A stretch of 64,000 nucleotides of DNA from Polyangiaceae bacterium (GTDB taxonomy: Bacteria > Myxococcota_A > Polyangia > Polyangiales > Polyangiaceae), in assembly GCA_044376115.1 (NCBI GenBank), contig JBILLK010000005.1, forward strand, positions 192,001 through 256,000, read 5' to 3'. Positions 18,134-28,163 of this stretch are shown piece by piece. A program made the position numbers and the translations under genes. The notes under the pieces are model-generated. The model did no database searches and was not told the DNA's origin. It saw only the letters and a list, made by a program, of their open reading frames with translations. Each line of letters starts with the position of its first letter. Position 1 is the first letter of the stretch.

Positions 18134-18922
18134 TTGGGCGCAAAATGCGCACGTTATTTTACCGATGCTGAGCGGCTCGGCGGGTTGGCCGCAAAGATCC
18201 GGTTGGCTTCTTGGGCTCGGATCACTTCGACGGAAGCGGCGGCAGGTCCCGACAGTCCCGATATCATCGAGCGCCTCACGCTGGCCCTCGAGCGCGTGAA
18301 GTTAGAGTTCTCTCCTCAGCCTCAGTTCTCAGAGCGACCAACTGCCGGGAGCCACGCGCCGCCGTCGATAGCGCCAGGGCTCACCAACGTCGTCACCAAG
18401 CTAAGGGCGCAGATTGCGTCCATGCTCGATCTGATGAGCCAGCGCTCGTTGATCCTTGACGATCCTCGCGAGACCGCACGTCGAGTGGATGAGGCGGCTG
18501 CCACCGCGCTCAATGTGGCGCGTGTCTCGACATGGCTCTTGGATGACACGCTCTTGCGAATCATTTGCCTGGACCTGTTCGACGGCGTTTCTCGCACGCA
18601 CCAAAACGGCATTGAGATCTGCGCCAGCGGCCATGAACGCTACTTTGAGGCGTTGGCTACCGAACGAAGCATCTTGGCTAACGACGCTCGCTCGGATCCG
18701 AGAACAAGCTGTTTTGCGGAGAGCTACTTAGTCCCGCTCGGTATTGGCGCCATGTTGGACGTACCCATCTGGGTTCGGGGCAGGATGGTCGGTGTCGTTT
18801 GTCACGAGCATATCGGCGGGCCCCGTCAATGGGACCGTGACGACGAGCGCTACGCGTACTTGATGTCTAGCCTCATCTCGCTCTCGATTGAACGCCAGAA
18901 GCCGCCGTCGCCATCCGAATGA
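18134..18922 (+). CDS. GAF domain protein
   Basis: GAAGGAGG RBS with TTG start; LNVARVSTW...YFEAL...DARSDPRT...YLVPLGIGAMLDVPI...GVVCHEH. Confidence 0.85.
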   Translation: MGAKCARYFTDAERLGGLAAKIRLASWARITSTEAAAGPDSPDIIERLTLALERVKLEFSPQPQFSERPTAGSHAPPSIAPGLTNVVTKLRAQIASMLDLMSQRSLILDDPRETARRVDEAAATALNVARVSTWLLDDTLLRIICLDLFDGVSRTHQNGIEICASGHERYFEALATERSILANDARSDPRTSCFAESYLVPLGIGAMLDVPIWVRGRMVGVVCHEHIGGPRQWDRDDERYAYLMSSLISLSIERQKPPSPSE

Positions 18923-18940
18923 GCCACCGTCTAGCCAGCG

Positions 18941-20080
18941 TTACTTGGTATTGACGGTTGGCGCAGTCGGCTTGGTACAGGCACAGGGCGGCTTCGGCGG
19001 TTCTGGCGCCTTTGAGCCGAACACTCCGCCCACCGTCAACAATAGTGAGTTCGTGACCTGCCATTTGTCTACTAGTAGCGGCTCTCGCAGAACCCCGAAT
19101 TTGTAAGTAATCGACGCCCAATCGAAGAGCTTTACATTTACGCCCGCGTCGATCAATACGCTCGTTAGCTCAATTAGACTGCGCTGGTCTCCCGCCGCTA
19201 GATCGTTGGTCTTGAAAGGCACCAGGACGTCTGCGCCAATGCTGTAAGAGACCCTCTTCTCCGTGTCGAAGAAGCCCCAAATATCGGCTACAGCCTCTGC
19301 GCCAATCATGTAGGTGTCACCAAGTTCTTTGGCCTCCACCTCGGGGGTGGCATCGTCGTCAAGAATGGCGACACCACCCCCAATGGTTTGCTCGGCGCCG
19401 AGGCCAGCCTTTACCTCGATGGCAATTGGCTCCTCCTCGATCGGCTGCGCGAAAACGCCAAGTCCCTCGCGGAACTGTATCGGAGCGAATGGGTCGGTAA
19501 GCGCCAAGCTCGTCCCAGTGCTGGTCGTTCTTGAGCCGTCGAGATTGGTCACCACATAGGTGACCGCCTTCGGCTCTGTATCAACGCCGGGGAACATCGT
19601 CGTGTTCATCGCTCCACGAACATAGGGACCAAATAGTTCGAGCGCATGAAGCAGATATTGCGTCTCGAACTCCAAAGCATCGTTCGACTTCTCGAACTCA
19701 TCGAGCGAGGGTGACCGCGTTACGCCGGCCTCGACCCGCAGCCCGTTGCGCCATTCGTGAATGCCCTCGTTGAATTCGAGATCGGCGTCGACTACGCCGC
19801 CTAGCGCGATCGTGAAGCCATCTTGCATGCCCACGACTGCGCGTGACTGCAGGACGCTGAACCCAACGCCAATCTCAATCCCTGGAGTCCAGCCCTCCGG
19901 CCGGTCTTCCTCATCGTCGTCGTCTTCATCGAGCCCGACGGCTTCAGTCTTGCCCTTCGTGTTGGGGCCACCAACCTTGTCGACGACCGTTGGTGGAGCG
20001 GGTGGCGCACTCTGCGCGAGTGCTACCGAGGCAGAAACCAATACTCCGAGCGTGAAGCTGGCAAAGACGAAGTTGCGCAC
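18941..20080 (-). CDS. DUF3078-like outer-membrane beta-barrel protein
   Basis: Signal peptide; alternating amphipathic beta-strands; HEWRNGL...FEKSNDAL segment. Confidence 0.6.
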   Translation of the reverse strand: MRNFVFASFTLGVLVSASVALAQSAPPAPPTVVDKVGGPNTKGKTEAVGLDEDDDDEEDRPEGWTPGIEIGVGFSVLQSRAVVGMQDGFTIALGGVVDADLEFNEGIHEWRNGLRVEAGVTRSPSLDEFEKSNDALEFETQYLLHALELFGPYVRGAMNTTMFPGVDTEPKAVTYVVTNLDGSRTTSTGTSLALTDPFAPIQFREGLGVFAQPIEEEPIAIEVKAGLGAEQTIGGGVAILDDDATPEVEAKELGDTYMIGAEAVADIWGFFDTEKRVSYSIGADVLVPFKTNDLAAGDQRSLIELTSVLIDAGVNVKLFDWASITYKFGVLREPLLVDKWQVTNSLLLTVGGVFGSKAPEPPKPPCACTKPTAPTVNTK

Positions 20081-20206
20081 GGGGGGGAAGTTCTCACGGC
20101 GGACGTGAATGGGCCAAGGAGGTGGCGTAGCAAAGCGAGACGTGCTCCGTTAAAGCTCCACGACTTCTTTCATAGGGAAAGTCCAGCCTGCTATTCAGGA
20201 GAGCAC

Positions 20207-20719
20207 GTGACCGACTTCAATAAGCTCGCTCAAGATGCCACAGCCCGGGCGGCCTTGGCCGCTGGTAAGGACGCAGCCAAGCGGGCCGTTGATGACCTGC
20301 TTTCAGACGGGAAGACGGGTGAGGAAAATGCTCAGAGCGCAGCCGCGAAGAAGGCCAAGCGCTGGCGGTTGATTGCGATCTCCGTGTTGGGCGCTTTTGT
20401 CGTCATCGGATTGGTCGGCTTACTGCTCAATTATTGGTATTGGTTTCTTGCGATTGGTTTGCTTGGTATTGCCGGTCTTTACGCTCGCCATCGATTGCGA
20501 CGTAGACTCGCCGAAAAGGCCCCGGCGACTACTGCTCAAAGCGCTCCGACTGACCAGAAGCGGATCGCGCCAAAACTAGTTTCCGAGCAGCTGCGGCCGA
20601 GCGAAGAAACGCGCTCCGAAGTCGCGGCTCGGTCGCGGGCGCAAGCCGAAGCGCGAGCCCTTGCTGAGCAAGAGGTCGATGAGGAGCTCGCAGCGATGAA
20701 GGCACGTCTAAAGAAATGA
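20207..20719 (+). CDS. hypothetical membrane protein with C-terminal coiled coil
   Basis: AGGAG RBS with GTG 20207; two TM segments; ends EVDEELAAMKARLKK. Confidence 0.75.
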   Translation: MTDFNKLAQDATARAALAAGKDAAKRAVDDLLSDGKTGEENAQSAAAKKAKRWRLIAISVLGAFVVIGLVGLLLNYWYWFLAIGLLGIAGLYARHRLRRRLAEKAPATTAQSAPTDQKRIAPKLVSEQLRPSEETRSEVAARSRAQAEARALAEQEVDEELAAMKARLKK

Positions 20720-20814
20720 CTCTTGCGAAGTCGATGGGGCATCCAAGGTGCAGAGTCGGCTGAATCGTGGTCGAGGCCGACGATTGGGTCACTTCCAAGC
20801 ATTCTGGGTGTCTG

Positions 20815-20842
20815 TTGACGAGGCCGCGTAGCTGAGTAGCGT
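20815..20842 (+). promoter_or_regulatory. sigma70-type promoter, probably leaderless
   Basis: TTGACG-16 nt-TAGCGT, 7 nt before ATG 20850. Confidence 0.5.
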
Positions 20843-20849
20843 AACGCAT

Positions 20850-21677
20850 ATGCCCCTTCGCTTACTCAACACGGTTTTTGTCGCGCTGCTCGTCAGCTGC
20901 GCCACAGGTGGCGGTGTCATCCCTAACGACGGTGGCAACAGCGCTGAGGGCGGCACCGGGGGGATCGCAAGTACAGGCGGCCAAGGCGGTGTGCCAACCG
21001 TAGGTGGTCAAGGCGGTGGTCCCGAGGGCGGGCAGCCAGCGGTCGGCGGGCAAGGGGGAGGCACGCCATGTACAGAAGACCCGTGCAAGCTCGTGGCACC
21101 TCAATGTGGCTGCGATAGCGGGGAGAAGTGCACGGTCGATGCCGCCGGAGAGCGCGCCTGCGGTCCAACCGGCTCGGCTGCATTCAATGCAGAATGTGGA
21201 GCCGCCGATTGCGTTGAGGGGGCTATTTGCCTTGGTGAAGCCTCGGTGGGCTACTGCGCGCCGTTCTGCGCTACGGACGCCGAATGCGACGGAACGAACA
21301 TATGCGCTGTAAAGTTGGGTGATGGCAATGGTGGTGTCATTCCCAATGTCACAATGTGCAGCTCTGCCTGCAACCTGGCGTCGGCCGTCGGTTGCCCTAC
21401 CGGTCTAGGTTGCATACTGGCTCGTGAAGATACTGGCGCAGAACGCTTCTTCACGATGTGTTTTGCGGCTGGCACTGCCACCAGCGGTTCCTGTGCCAAC
21501 AACCCAGGCATCTGCGCGCCAGGGTATGGTTGCTATAACGATGGCACAGGGGACAATTGCTTCCAAAACTGCAACGTCGCAAGTCCCGTATGTAACAGCG
21601 GAACGTGCGGACCAATCCAAGACGAGCTGATGCAGCAAGTAACCGTTAACGGTTTTTCGCTCGGCGCGTGTCTCTGA
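20850..21677 (+). CDS. Cys-rich repeat lipoprotein
   Basis: Lipobox LVS-C; GGQGG repeats; numerous cysteines in short repeated modules. Confidence 0.85.
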   Translation: MPLRLLNTVFVALLVSCATGGGVIPNDGGNSAEGGTGGIASTGGQGGVPTVGGQGGGPEGGQPAVGGQGGGTPCTEDPCKLVAPQCGCDSGEKCTVDAAGERACGPTGSAAFNAECGAADCVEGAICLGEASVGYCAPFCATDAECDGTNICAVKLGDGNGGVIPNVTMCSSACNLASAVGCPTGLGCILAREDTGAERFFTMCFAAGTATSGSCANNPGICAPGYGCYNDGTGDNCFQNCNVASPVCNSGTCGPIQDELMQQVTVNGFSLGACL

Positions 21678-22008
21678 CTCGCGGCCTAGGGAGCCGCGAA
21701 CGCTGCTAAGGGTCTGAAGAGGCATTAAACGTCCTCCTCGGAATGGATCGATCGTTGACCATGATTTATTGACCTTGCATCGACGAAGGGCTGTTCTCCA
21801 ATTGGTTGGATTGAAAAACGAGGGTTCTCGTAAGGACCCACGGGTGGGCAGCTCTTGTCCCAGGGCATTAATTGATTCGGAGCTGCCCCACCACAGTGTG
21901 ACTGGAACATTCTGTTGACGCTCTACGGGAATGCGATGGCGGCGCAAACTTCTGCGCGAACGAGGAGGCTTGCCGCGTGGCACGCCTTGTGAAGGGCGTT
22001 GGTCAGCC

Positions 22009-23643
22009 ATGAACGCTCCGTTCGGTCTCCTTGGTTTCATCAACCGGTCCGCCGAGAGGCGGGTAGCGGCTCCCGCTTTGGTGCTCCTGCTCCTTGGTGG
22101 ATGTAATCTCCTGACTGGCGCAGACGAGTTCACGATTGGGGACGGTGGCAGCGGTGGTGAAACAGACGCCTCCACGGGCAATGTTGGCGCTTCCGACGTT
22201 TCGGGGCCAGGTGCGGGAGGGCACTCCGAGCCGGGGGCTGGTGGGTCGGCGGGGGTCGGTGGTACCGCAGGCGCCGGGGGAACAGGTGGTGGGCCGGTTC
22301 AACAAGAAGGCGATGCAACAGGCGTTACCATCAGCGAGGTAGCCTTCTATCAAGCGCTCAAGTCAACGGTTTGGAAGAATGGCTCCCCACAAGCTCCTTC
22401 CGTCAGTCTAGTAGCCAACCGGCCCGCGGTCGTACGTGTGTTTGCCTCTGCCTCGGGAGCAAGTGGGGCCCCTCTTACTGCTCGGTTGACGCTAGGCGGT
22501 AATCCACCAATCGAAACCACGGTAACGAGTTTTGGTAACAACTCTGATAGCAGCTATGGCAGCACGGTTAACTTTGATGTCCCCGCTGAGTACATGACTG
22601 GGGGCAATTGGAAAGTCGAATTCAAAGAGCCTGCTACTAGTTCCCAAGGGCCAAACCCCAATGCGTCCACTGGCGAATCATCCCTTCAGCTGCGCTCGTC
22701 CAAGACGCTCAAGGTGACGCTGATTCCAGTGCAGTATCAGGCAGACGGCTCCAACCGCATGCCTGATACATCGGCTGGGCAAGTAGAACTCTACCGCCAA
22801 TCCTTCATGGCTGTCTACCCGACGACGGACGTTATCGTGAACGTCGGTCCTACGTTGGCTTGGAGCAACTCCATTAGCGCTGGCGGTGGGGGGTGGGAGA
22901 CTGTTCTCAACGCCGTGACTGATGAGCGCACCAGCTCAAATGCCGACTTTGATGAGTATTACTTCGGAATATTCAACCCTACCAGCAGCTTCAATAACTA
23001 CTGCGCTGGGGGCTGTATGTTAGGCCTAGGCTGGATTGGTGGGCCTAATGCGGAATATACGCGGGCCGCTGTTGGCATTGGCTTCTCAGGCGAAATCTCG
23101 ACGAGTACGGCCGTTCACGAGGTCGGCCACAATCACGGACGGGATCACTCTCCCTGTGGCGGAGTGTCCGGAGCGGATCCGAACTATCCGCACTCTGGAG
23201 GAAACATCGGTGTCTGGGGAATGGACATTATTAAGCATGATATGGTGCCGCCCAGTCACAAGGACTTTATGACCTATTGTGATCCAACTTGGATAAGCGA
23301 CTATACGTACGAGAATATTCTCGACTTTATGGCTGCTACCAACTCGCTCGAGTTTCCCGAGTCCTCTCTCAATCAAATGTATGAGCGCCTGTCGGTTGGG
23401 GCCGATTCGGCGGCCTGGCTAAATGACGTGCAGCTTGCCCGGCCACCGCTCGGGGATGAGGTGAGCAGCATCACCCTTTCGCTCGCAGACGGCTCTACAA
23501 AGACTGTGAGTGGCAACTTTTATCGCTACGATCATCTTCCCGGCGGTGTGATCTACGTGAAGAAGGAGGCGCAGGCGATCCAAGCACTTCAGGTCGAGAT
23601 CGACCTCAACGGGCAACAGACGCTCATCCAAGCGCACCGCTGA
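22009..23643 (+). CDS. metzincin zinc metalloprotease lipoprotein (M66-like)
   Basis: LLGG-C lipobox; HEVGHNHGRDH (HExxHxxGxxH) and Met-turn DFMTY; start could lie between 21931 and 22009. Confidence 0.85.
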   Translation: MNAPFGLLGFINRSAERRVAAPALVLLLLGGCNLLTGADEFTIGDGGSGGETDASTGNVGASDVSGPGAGGHSEPGAGGSAGVGGTAGAGGTGGGPVQQEGDATGVTISEVAFYQALKSTVWKNGSPQAPSVSLVANRPAVVRVFASASGASGAPLTARLTLGGNPPIETTVTSFGNNSDSSYGSTVNFDVPAEYMTGGNWKVEFKEPATSSQGPNPNASTGESSLQLRSSKTLKVTLIPVQYQADGSNRMPDTSAGQVELYRQSFMAVYPTTDVIVNVGPTLAWSNSISAGGGGWETVLNAVTDERTSSNADFDEYYFGIFNPTSSFNNYCAGGCMLGLGWIGGPNAEYTRAAVGIGFSGEISTSTAVHEVGHNHGRDHSPCGGVSGADPNYPHSGGNIGVWGMDIIKHDMVPPSHKDFMTYCDPTWISDYTYENILDFMAATNSLEFPESSLNQMYERLSVGADSAAWLNDVQLARPPLGDEVSSITLSLADGSTKTVSGNFYRYDHLPGGVIYVKKEAQAIQALQVEIDLNGQQTLIQAHR

Positions 23644-23663
23644 GCTGGTAGTGTCTCGGTCTC

Positions 23664-24437
23664 ATGAGATGCGACCTCCTTTGCCGCAGTACTGTCGGCG
23701 CGTGTTCTGCTCTGGTTCTCCTCGCCTGCGGCTCCAGCCCTGGAGAGGTTGTTTCACCCAACCCCACGGACGACACTGCTGAGTCCTCCGCTTCGGCAGT
23801 GGAGAGTTCGACGCCGGCGCCCAGCGCGGCAAAGCAAGACGCTGCCGAGGTTGAAGTTCCCTCGACCTGCGAGACCAAAGGCAAGGCCTGCCTGCCAAAC
23901 GCGGCCTTCGTGAAGAAGTTTTGTCAAAACGTTCACCCGGACGTTGCGCTGGCGTTCTTCAAGAAGGGCACGCCCTTCACCCGTGGCTACTTGAAGGGCA
24001 ACACCGACGCCTTCAATGGGTACGGCGGCGTATCCTCGGGAGACAAGCTGGTCTTCGACGAAGAGGTGATCGTGCTTTCCACGCGAGAGAACACTACGGG
24101 TATCGAGGTCAGCGGCGCTGGTGGTCAATACGACCTTCTGCGCTGGGACGGCTCGTGCGCCACTGTTCCGATGGCCGACGTAACCTTCAGCGTTCCACCA
24201 GCGCCAAAGACTCCGCGGCTCGATTGGAAAGTCCTCAGTGACGAACTGCAGGCGGCCTTGCTGAATAACGCCGAGATTGCCAAAATCAACAAGGAACGCC
24301 GCTCCGAGTGCAAAGGGGCTTCGATGGGCGACGTGAGCAAGAAGTGCGTCAAGTTGGTGGATCAGCTCAGCGCTGCCGTCGTCAACTACGTTCGCACGGG
24401 TGAGGGGACCATTCCTGTCCCCGCAAAAGTGAAGTAG
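23664..24437 (+). CDS. hypothetical lipoprotein
   Basis: LLA-C lipobox, Ser/Thr/Ala linker, globular Cys-containing domain. Confidence 0.75.
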   Translation: MRCDLLCRSTVGACSALVLLACGSSPGEVVSPNPTDDTAESSASAVESSTPAPSAAKQDAAEVEVPSTCETKGKACLPNAAFVKKFCQNVHPDVALAFFKKGTPFTRGYLKGNTDAFNGYGGVSSGDKLVFDEEVIVLSTRENTTGIEVSGAGGQYDLLRWDGSCATVPMADVTFSVPPAPKTPRLDWKVLSDELQAALLNNAEIAKINKERRSECKGASMGDVSKKCVKLVDQLSAAVVNYVRTGEGTIPVPAKVK

Positions 24438-24446
24438 GCACCGAGC

Positions 24447-25418
24447 ATGAGCCTCCTCGACAAGCTGAAGGAATCCACACTGGTTGTTGCGGATACCGGC
24501 GACATCCAATCCATCGAGCAATTCAAGCCGCAAGACGCAACGACGAATCCGTCGTTGATCACTGCCGCTGCCGAAATGCCTGTGTATGCAGAGTTGGTGG
24601 ACGCTTCGCTCAAAGAAGGGCGCAAGCTGGCCGGTGATAAGGCTACCGCAGGCGAAGTGGTCGCCCAAGCCATTGACCTTCTGAGCGTTGAATTCGGCCA
24701 GCGTATTTTGGACATCGTGCCCGGCCGCGTTTCCACGGAGGTCGACGCGAGGCTCTCCTTCGACACGCCTGGCACAATCGCAAAGGCTCACAAGCTCATC
24801 AACATGTACGAGCGGCGGGGTATCGCTAAGGAGCGCATCCTCATCAAGATCGCTGCCACTTGGGAGGGCATTCGTGCCGCCGAACAGCTAGAAGCTGAGG
24901 GCATCCACACCAACCTCACCCTGCTGTTCGGCATTCACCAGGCGGTGGCCTGCGCGGAATCGGGTGTGACACTCATCTCACCGTTTGTCGGTCGAATCTT
25001 GGACTTCTTCCTCAAACAGCGGGGTGTTGCTTCCATTCCAGCTCACGAAGATCCAGGCGTGCTGTCGGTTCAGAACATCTTCCACTACTTCAAGCACCAT
25101 GGGCACAAGACCGAGGTCATGGGCGCGAGCTTCCGTAACACAGGGGAGATCCTTGAACTCGCTGGTTGCGATCTGCTGACCATCTCACCGAAGCTGCTGA
25201 AAGAGTTGGCAAGCGCTGACGGGGAAGTCCCGCGCAAACTCGACGCTGCGGTTGCACGTCAAAACCCGATTGATCGGATCGTAGTCACGGAGGAGTCCTT
25301 CCGAAGCATGCACGCTGCAGACGAGATGGCCTCGTTCAAGCTCCAAGAGGGAATCGAGGGCTTCACGAAAGCGCTGGTTCAGCTCGAGGGAATCCTCGGA
25401 AAGCGCCTTGCCGGCTAG
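24447..25418 (+). CDS. tal: transaldolase
   Basis: [50 protein letters not shown]. Confidence 0.97.
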   Translation: MSLLDKLKESTLVVADTGDIQSIEQFKPQDATTNPSLITAAAEMPVYAELVDASLKEGRKLAGDKATAGEVVAQAIDLLSVEFGQRILDIVPGRVSTEVDARLSFDTPGTIAKAHKLINMYERRGIAKERILIKIAATWEGIRAAEQLEAEGIHTNLTLLFGIHQAVACAESGVTLISPFVGRILDFFLKQRGVASIPAHEDPGVLSVQNIFHYFKHHGHKTEVMGASFRNTGEILELAGCDLLTISPKLLKELASADGEVPRKLDAAVARQNPIDRIVVTEESFRSMHAADEMASFKLQEGIEGFTKALVQLEGILGKRLAG

Positions 25419-25611
25419 CTTTCTTGGCGAGCTGGTGCCGCTGTCCCCCTAAAGCTCGGTAGCCCGCCGAGTTGCTGTCGAACATTGTTTAGTAAGCGTG
25501 GGAAAACAATGATCCAAAGCCGGGTCGAGTTTGATCCACGCTCGCATCCTACAAATGGCCAGATCGCGGTGAATTCTCGCTCCCAATAGGTGGCCTAAGC
25601 TGTGCTTCGAG

Positions 25612-26055
25612 ATGGTCGTGGACACTCCGAAACAAAGCAACGTTGACTGGGTCAAGTGTTACTACGACGCGTTCAACCGCCGCGATTGGGAGTGGATCTC
25701 CGCGATGCTCGCCCCAGACGTGGAGTGGTTTCACGCTGCTCGCGATGAGCGTGTGCGCGGCGTCAACGCCGTGATTTCATCGTTCCGAAGCCTGGTTGAG
25801 GGTACGTCGAGCGCCCAGATTGACGTCCGAGCCGTGCACGACGCGGGTTTGATTGTGATTGCTGAGTGTGGCATCCGTCACTCGCGGCGCAGTGTGCCAC
25901 CCCTGTCGAAGCCTGCTTCGAATAGACCAGCGCCGCCAACGCCTCCCAGTTTTTGCGAGGTACTTCAGCTGCAAGGCGGGCGTTGCATTCGTGGCTCAAC
26001 CTACGCTGACTCCGTACGCCTTCTGATGGACATCAGCCAAGCCGCCGCTGCTTGA
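25612..26055 (+). CDS. SnoaL/NTF2-like protein
   Basis: VKCYYDAFNRRDW...LAPDVEW pattern. Confidence 0.8.
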   Translation: MVVDTPKQSNVDWVKCYYDAFNRRDWEWISAMLAPDVEWFHAARDERVRGVNAVISSFRSLVEGTSSAQIDVRAVHDAGLIVIAECGIRHSRRSVPPLSKPASNRPAPPTPPSFCEVLQLQGGRCIRGSTYADSVRLLMDISQAAAA

Positions 26056-26121
26056 GAGCCCTGATGCCCCTGCGTGGTTCGGGGGCTCGACACGAGTCCG
26101 CGCCCGCGCTACGTCGTCACC

Positions 26122-26424
26122 ATGTCGACGAGGATGGTCAACTGCATCAAGTTGAAGCGCGAGGCGGTAGGGCTTGAAAAGCCGCCGCTCAAGGGGCCTG
26201 TGGGCCAGAAGGTTTTCGAGAACATCTCGAAAGAGGCCTGGCAGTCCTGGCTGGAACACTCCAAGATGTTGATCAACGAGTACCGGCTCGACTTGGTGTC
26301 TGAGTCTGGGCAACGAGTTTGGTTCAGCGAGCTCGAGAAGTTTTTCTGGGGTGAGGGTTCGGCGGCTCCCGCTGAATTCAAACCTGTAGAAGCTGCGGCT
26401 ACCGAGGCCAAGAAGGAGGATTGA
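26122..26424 (+). CDS. yggX: oxidative damage protection / Fe(II)-trafficking protein
   Basis: RMVNCIKLKREAVGL...PP..G..GQKVFENISKEAWQSW...MLINEYRL. Confidence 0.93.
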   Translation: MSTRMVNCIKLKREAVGLEKPPLKGPVGQKVFENISKEAWQSWLEHSKMLINEYRLDLVSESGQRVWFSELEKFFWGEGSAAPAEFKPVEAAATEAKKED

Positions 26425-26483
26425 AGGTTCGGTTTGGGTCCTACGTTCACGGCGCACAATCAACCGCAAGGTTGGTCTCATTC

Positions 26484-26830
26484 GGGGGTGACCGGTTTCG
26501 ACGTGGGGATGGATGATGCATTCGCGTGTGGCGGCTCCTGCTCCGCCTTACTAAGCGGGACGTTATAAGTGCGAACGACAACGACACCATTGCACTAGCG
26601 GCCTAAAAACCACGTGCAGATCCGCGGGCCAGATCGTCCTGGTAGCCCAAGGGTCAAACCACTAGGGCTGGATCGCGTGAGGAAGCTCTCAATAGCGCGG
26701 TCGACTTAGCGAGAGATAGGTCGCGACCGAATTCGCGAACTCAGTCGTCGGGGATACGGCGACTACGCACGTGAACGAGAATGCATTTGATACCTCGCGG
26801 ACGCGGGTTCGATTCCCGCCGCCTCCACCA
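26484..26830 (+). ncRNA. ssrA: tmRNA, tag peptide (A)ANDNDTIALAA
   Basis: 5' GGGGGTGACCGGTTTCGAC; tag reading frame 26571-26606; 3' GGTTCGATTCCCGCCGCCTCCACCA. Confidence 0.97.
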
Positions 26831-26868
26831 TTTTTCTTCTGTGATTACGGATAGCTAGAGCATATGGG

Positions 26869-26893
26869 GCGCGATTCGCTGGCAGAATCGCGC
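26869..26893 (+). other. hairpin downstream of ssrA (possible terminator or processing stem)
   Basis: GCGCGATTC-7 nt-GAATCGCGC perfect 9-bp stem; no U-tract. Confidence 0.4.
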
Positions 26894-26920
26894 AGCTGTG
26901 CAGCTCAGAAAGCTCGGCGA

Positions 26921-27217
26921 TCAACGAGCGGGCGTCGCACACGGCTGTACGACGCCAATCGTGTCGCTGAGCTGCGCTCCCAATAGACAAGCGCGCTCCA
27001 CCGCCGTGACGATGGATGGCAACGCCTCTTGCAGGCTTGAGGGGTTCTCGGAAGTTGCCACCAAGAAGAGCTGAATGGCCGTTAGGGTGCTATTGAGCTC
27101 GTGAAGCGTGTGTGCAGCTCTCGCTAGGGGGGCGCTTGTCGCTAACTCCGCACTATCAAGCGCGTTCAAAGGTGAACTCGCGTCTTGATTGAAGTTTGAC
27201 GGCAGGATTGCATCCAT
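26921..27217 (-). CDS. stand-alone HisKA-like fragment (possible pseudogene)
   Basis: LHELNSTLTAI resembles an H-box; no ATPase domain follows. Confidence 0.4.
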   Translation of the reverse strand: MDAILPSNFNQDASSPLNALDSAELATSAPLARAAHTLHELNSTLTAIQLFLVATSENPSSLQEALPSIVTAVERACLLGAQLSDTIGVVQPCATPAR

Positions 27218-27418
27218 CGTCTTGAGCTGAGCAGCATCCGTGCCGCTTTCAGATCCGCGTTCTCCGTTGGTTTTGTGCCGAGGAGATGCAGCAACTGCGC
27301 GAATCGGAACGGATTGCGCGCCGCCCGATGTGACGCCATCCCGGGCTAGTGGGGTTAAGCTTTCGGCCTCGGGGCCCGTTTCTCGACCAGCAGGTATCGT
27401 CTGCCACGCGAGAAGCCC

Positions 27419-27724
27419 ATGCATTCAATTGTCCCCGGCGCTCCCATCCACCGCCCAAGTCAGAGTCCCTCTGAAACGCACGGGCGCTTCCACGAACTGC
27501 AAGGTCTTTACGCCGCAATCCACGCGAGCCACGCGCTTGTCGAGTTTGCTCCAACTGGCGAAGTGCTCGGGGCCAACGCGAACTTCCTCCGCATCTTCGG
27601 CTACACGGTCGAGGAAGCACGAGAGCTGCACTACCGCGCGCTCTACAGCGCCTGCGAGCGCCGCGGACAATGGCGGCAATGCGTTACCGGTTGCGCGGAT
27701 GCTGACCTACGACATCGGTTTTGA
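27419..27724 (+). pseudogene. truncated PAS domain of a soluble chemoreceptor type
   Basis: AIHASHALVEFAPTGEVLGANANFLRIFGYTVEE matches a PAS N-half; similarity is lost near 27650. Confidence 0.55.
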
Positions 27725-28118
27725 GGTGGCGACCCCGATAGAGCAGTTGGTGGAGATCCTGCCATGGAACGACAACACCGCGATGCTTGGGGGGAGCTAC
27801 GGCTCACCAGGCCTCGTGATGACTCGTGGACGTGCTATCCCCGCATTTAGTCTTACCGCATTACTTGGGCAACCCGAGCTCGATCGGACCGAGACGGCAA
27901 GCGTGTTAGTGGTTGACTCGCATGGCGAACAGGTTGGCTTTACGGTATCCAAGCTAATCAACATTGATTCCGCGCGCTGGGCGCCATCGGAGAACGCCAA
28001 TTGCCAAGCAGCTGGTGCCAAGTTCTTCGAGCGATGGGAACCCATTCGCGTGGGAGAGCCAGGCAAAGAGCGGCTCATTAGTCTGCTCGATCTCCAAAAG
28101 CTGGCCGCGTTTATGTAG
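27699..28118 (+). CDS. CheW-like domain (possibly a remnant of a multi-CheW protein)
   Basis: ATPIEQLVEIL...GLVMTRGRAIPAFSLTALLG...VLVV...VGFTVSKLINI...LLDLQKL. Confidence 0.6.
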   Translation: MLTYDIGFEVATPIEQLVEILPWNDNTAMLGGSYGSPGLVMTRGRAIPAFSLTALLGQPELDRTETASVLVVDSHGEQVGFTVSKLINIDSARWAPSENANCQAAGAKFFERWEPIRVGEPGKERLISLLDLQKLAAFM

Positions 28119-28163
28119 GTACGGCGGGCCGACTCGAGGATTCTGAAGTCGGCGCGGTTTAGA

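Noticed and set aside
27240..27698. N-terminal half of the 292-aa ORF 27240-28118
   Set aside because: Ser/Thr/Arg-rich off-frame translation of the PAS fragment; only the CheW part looks protein-like
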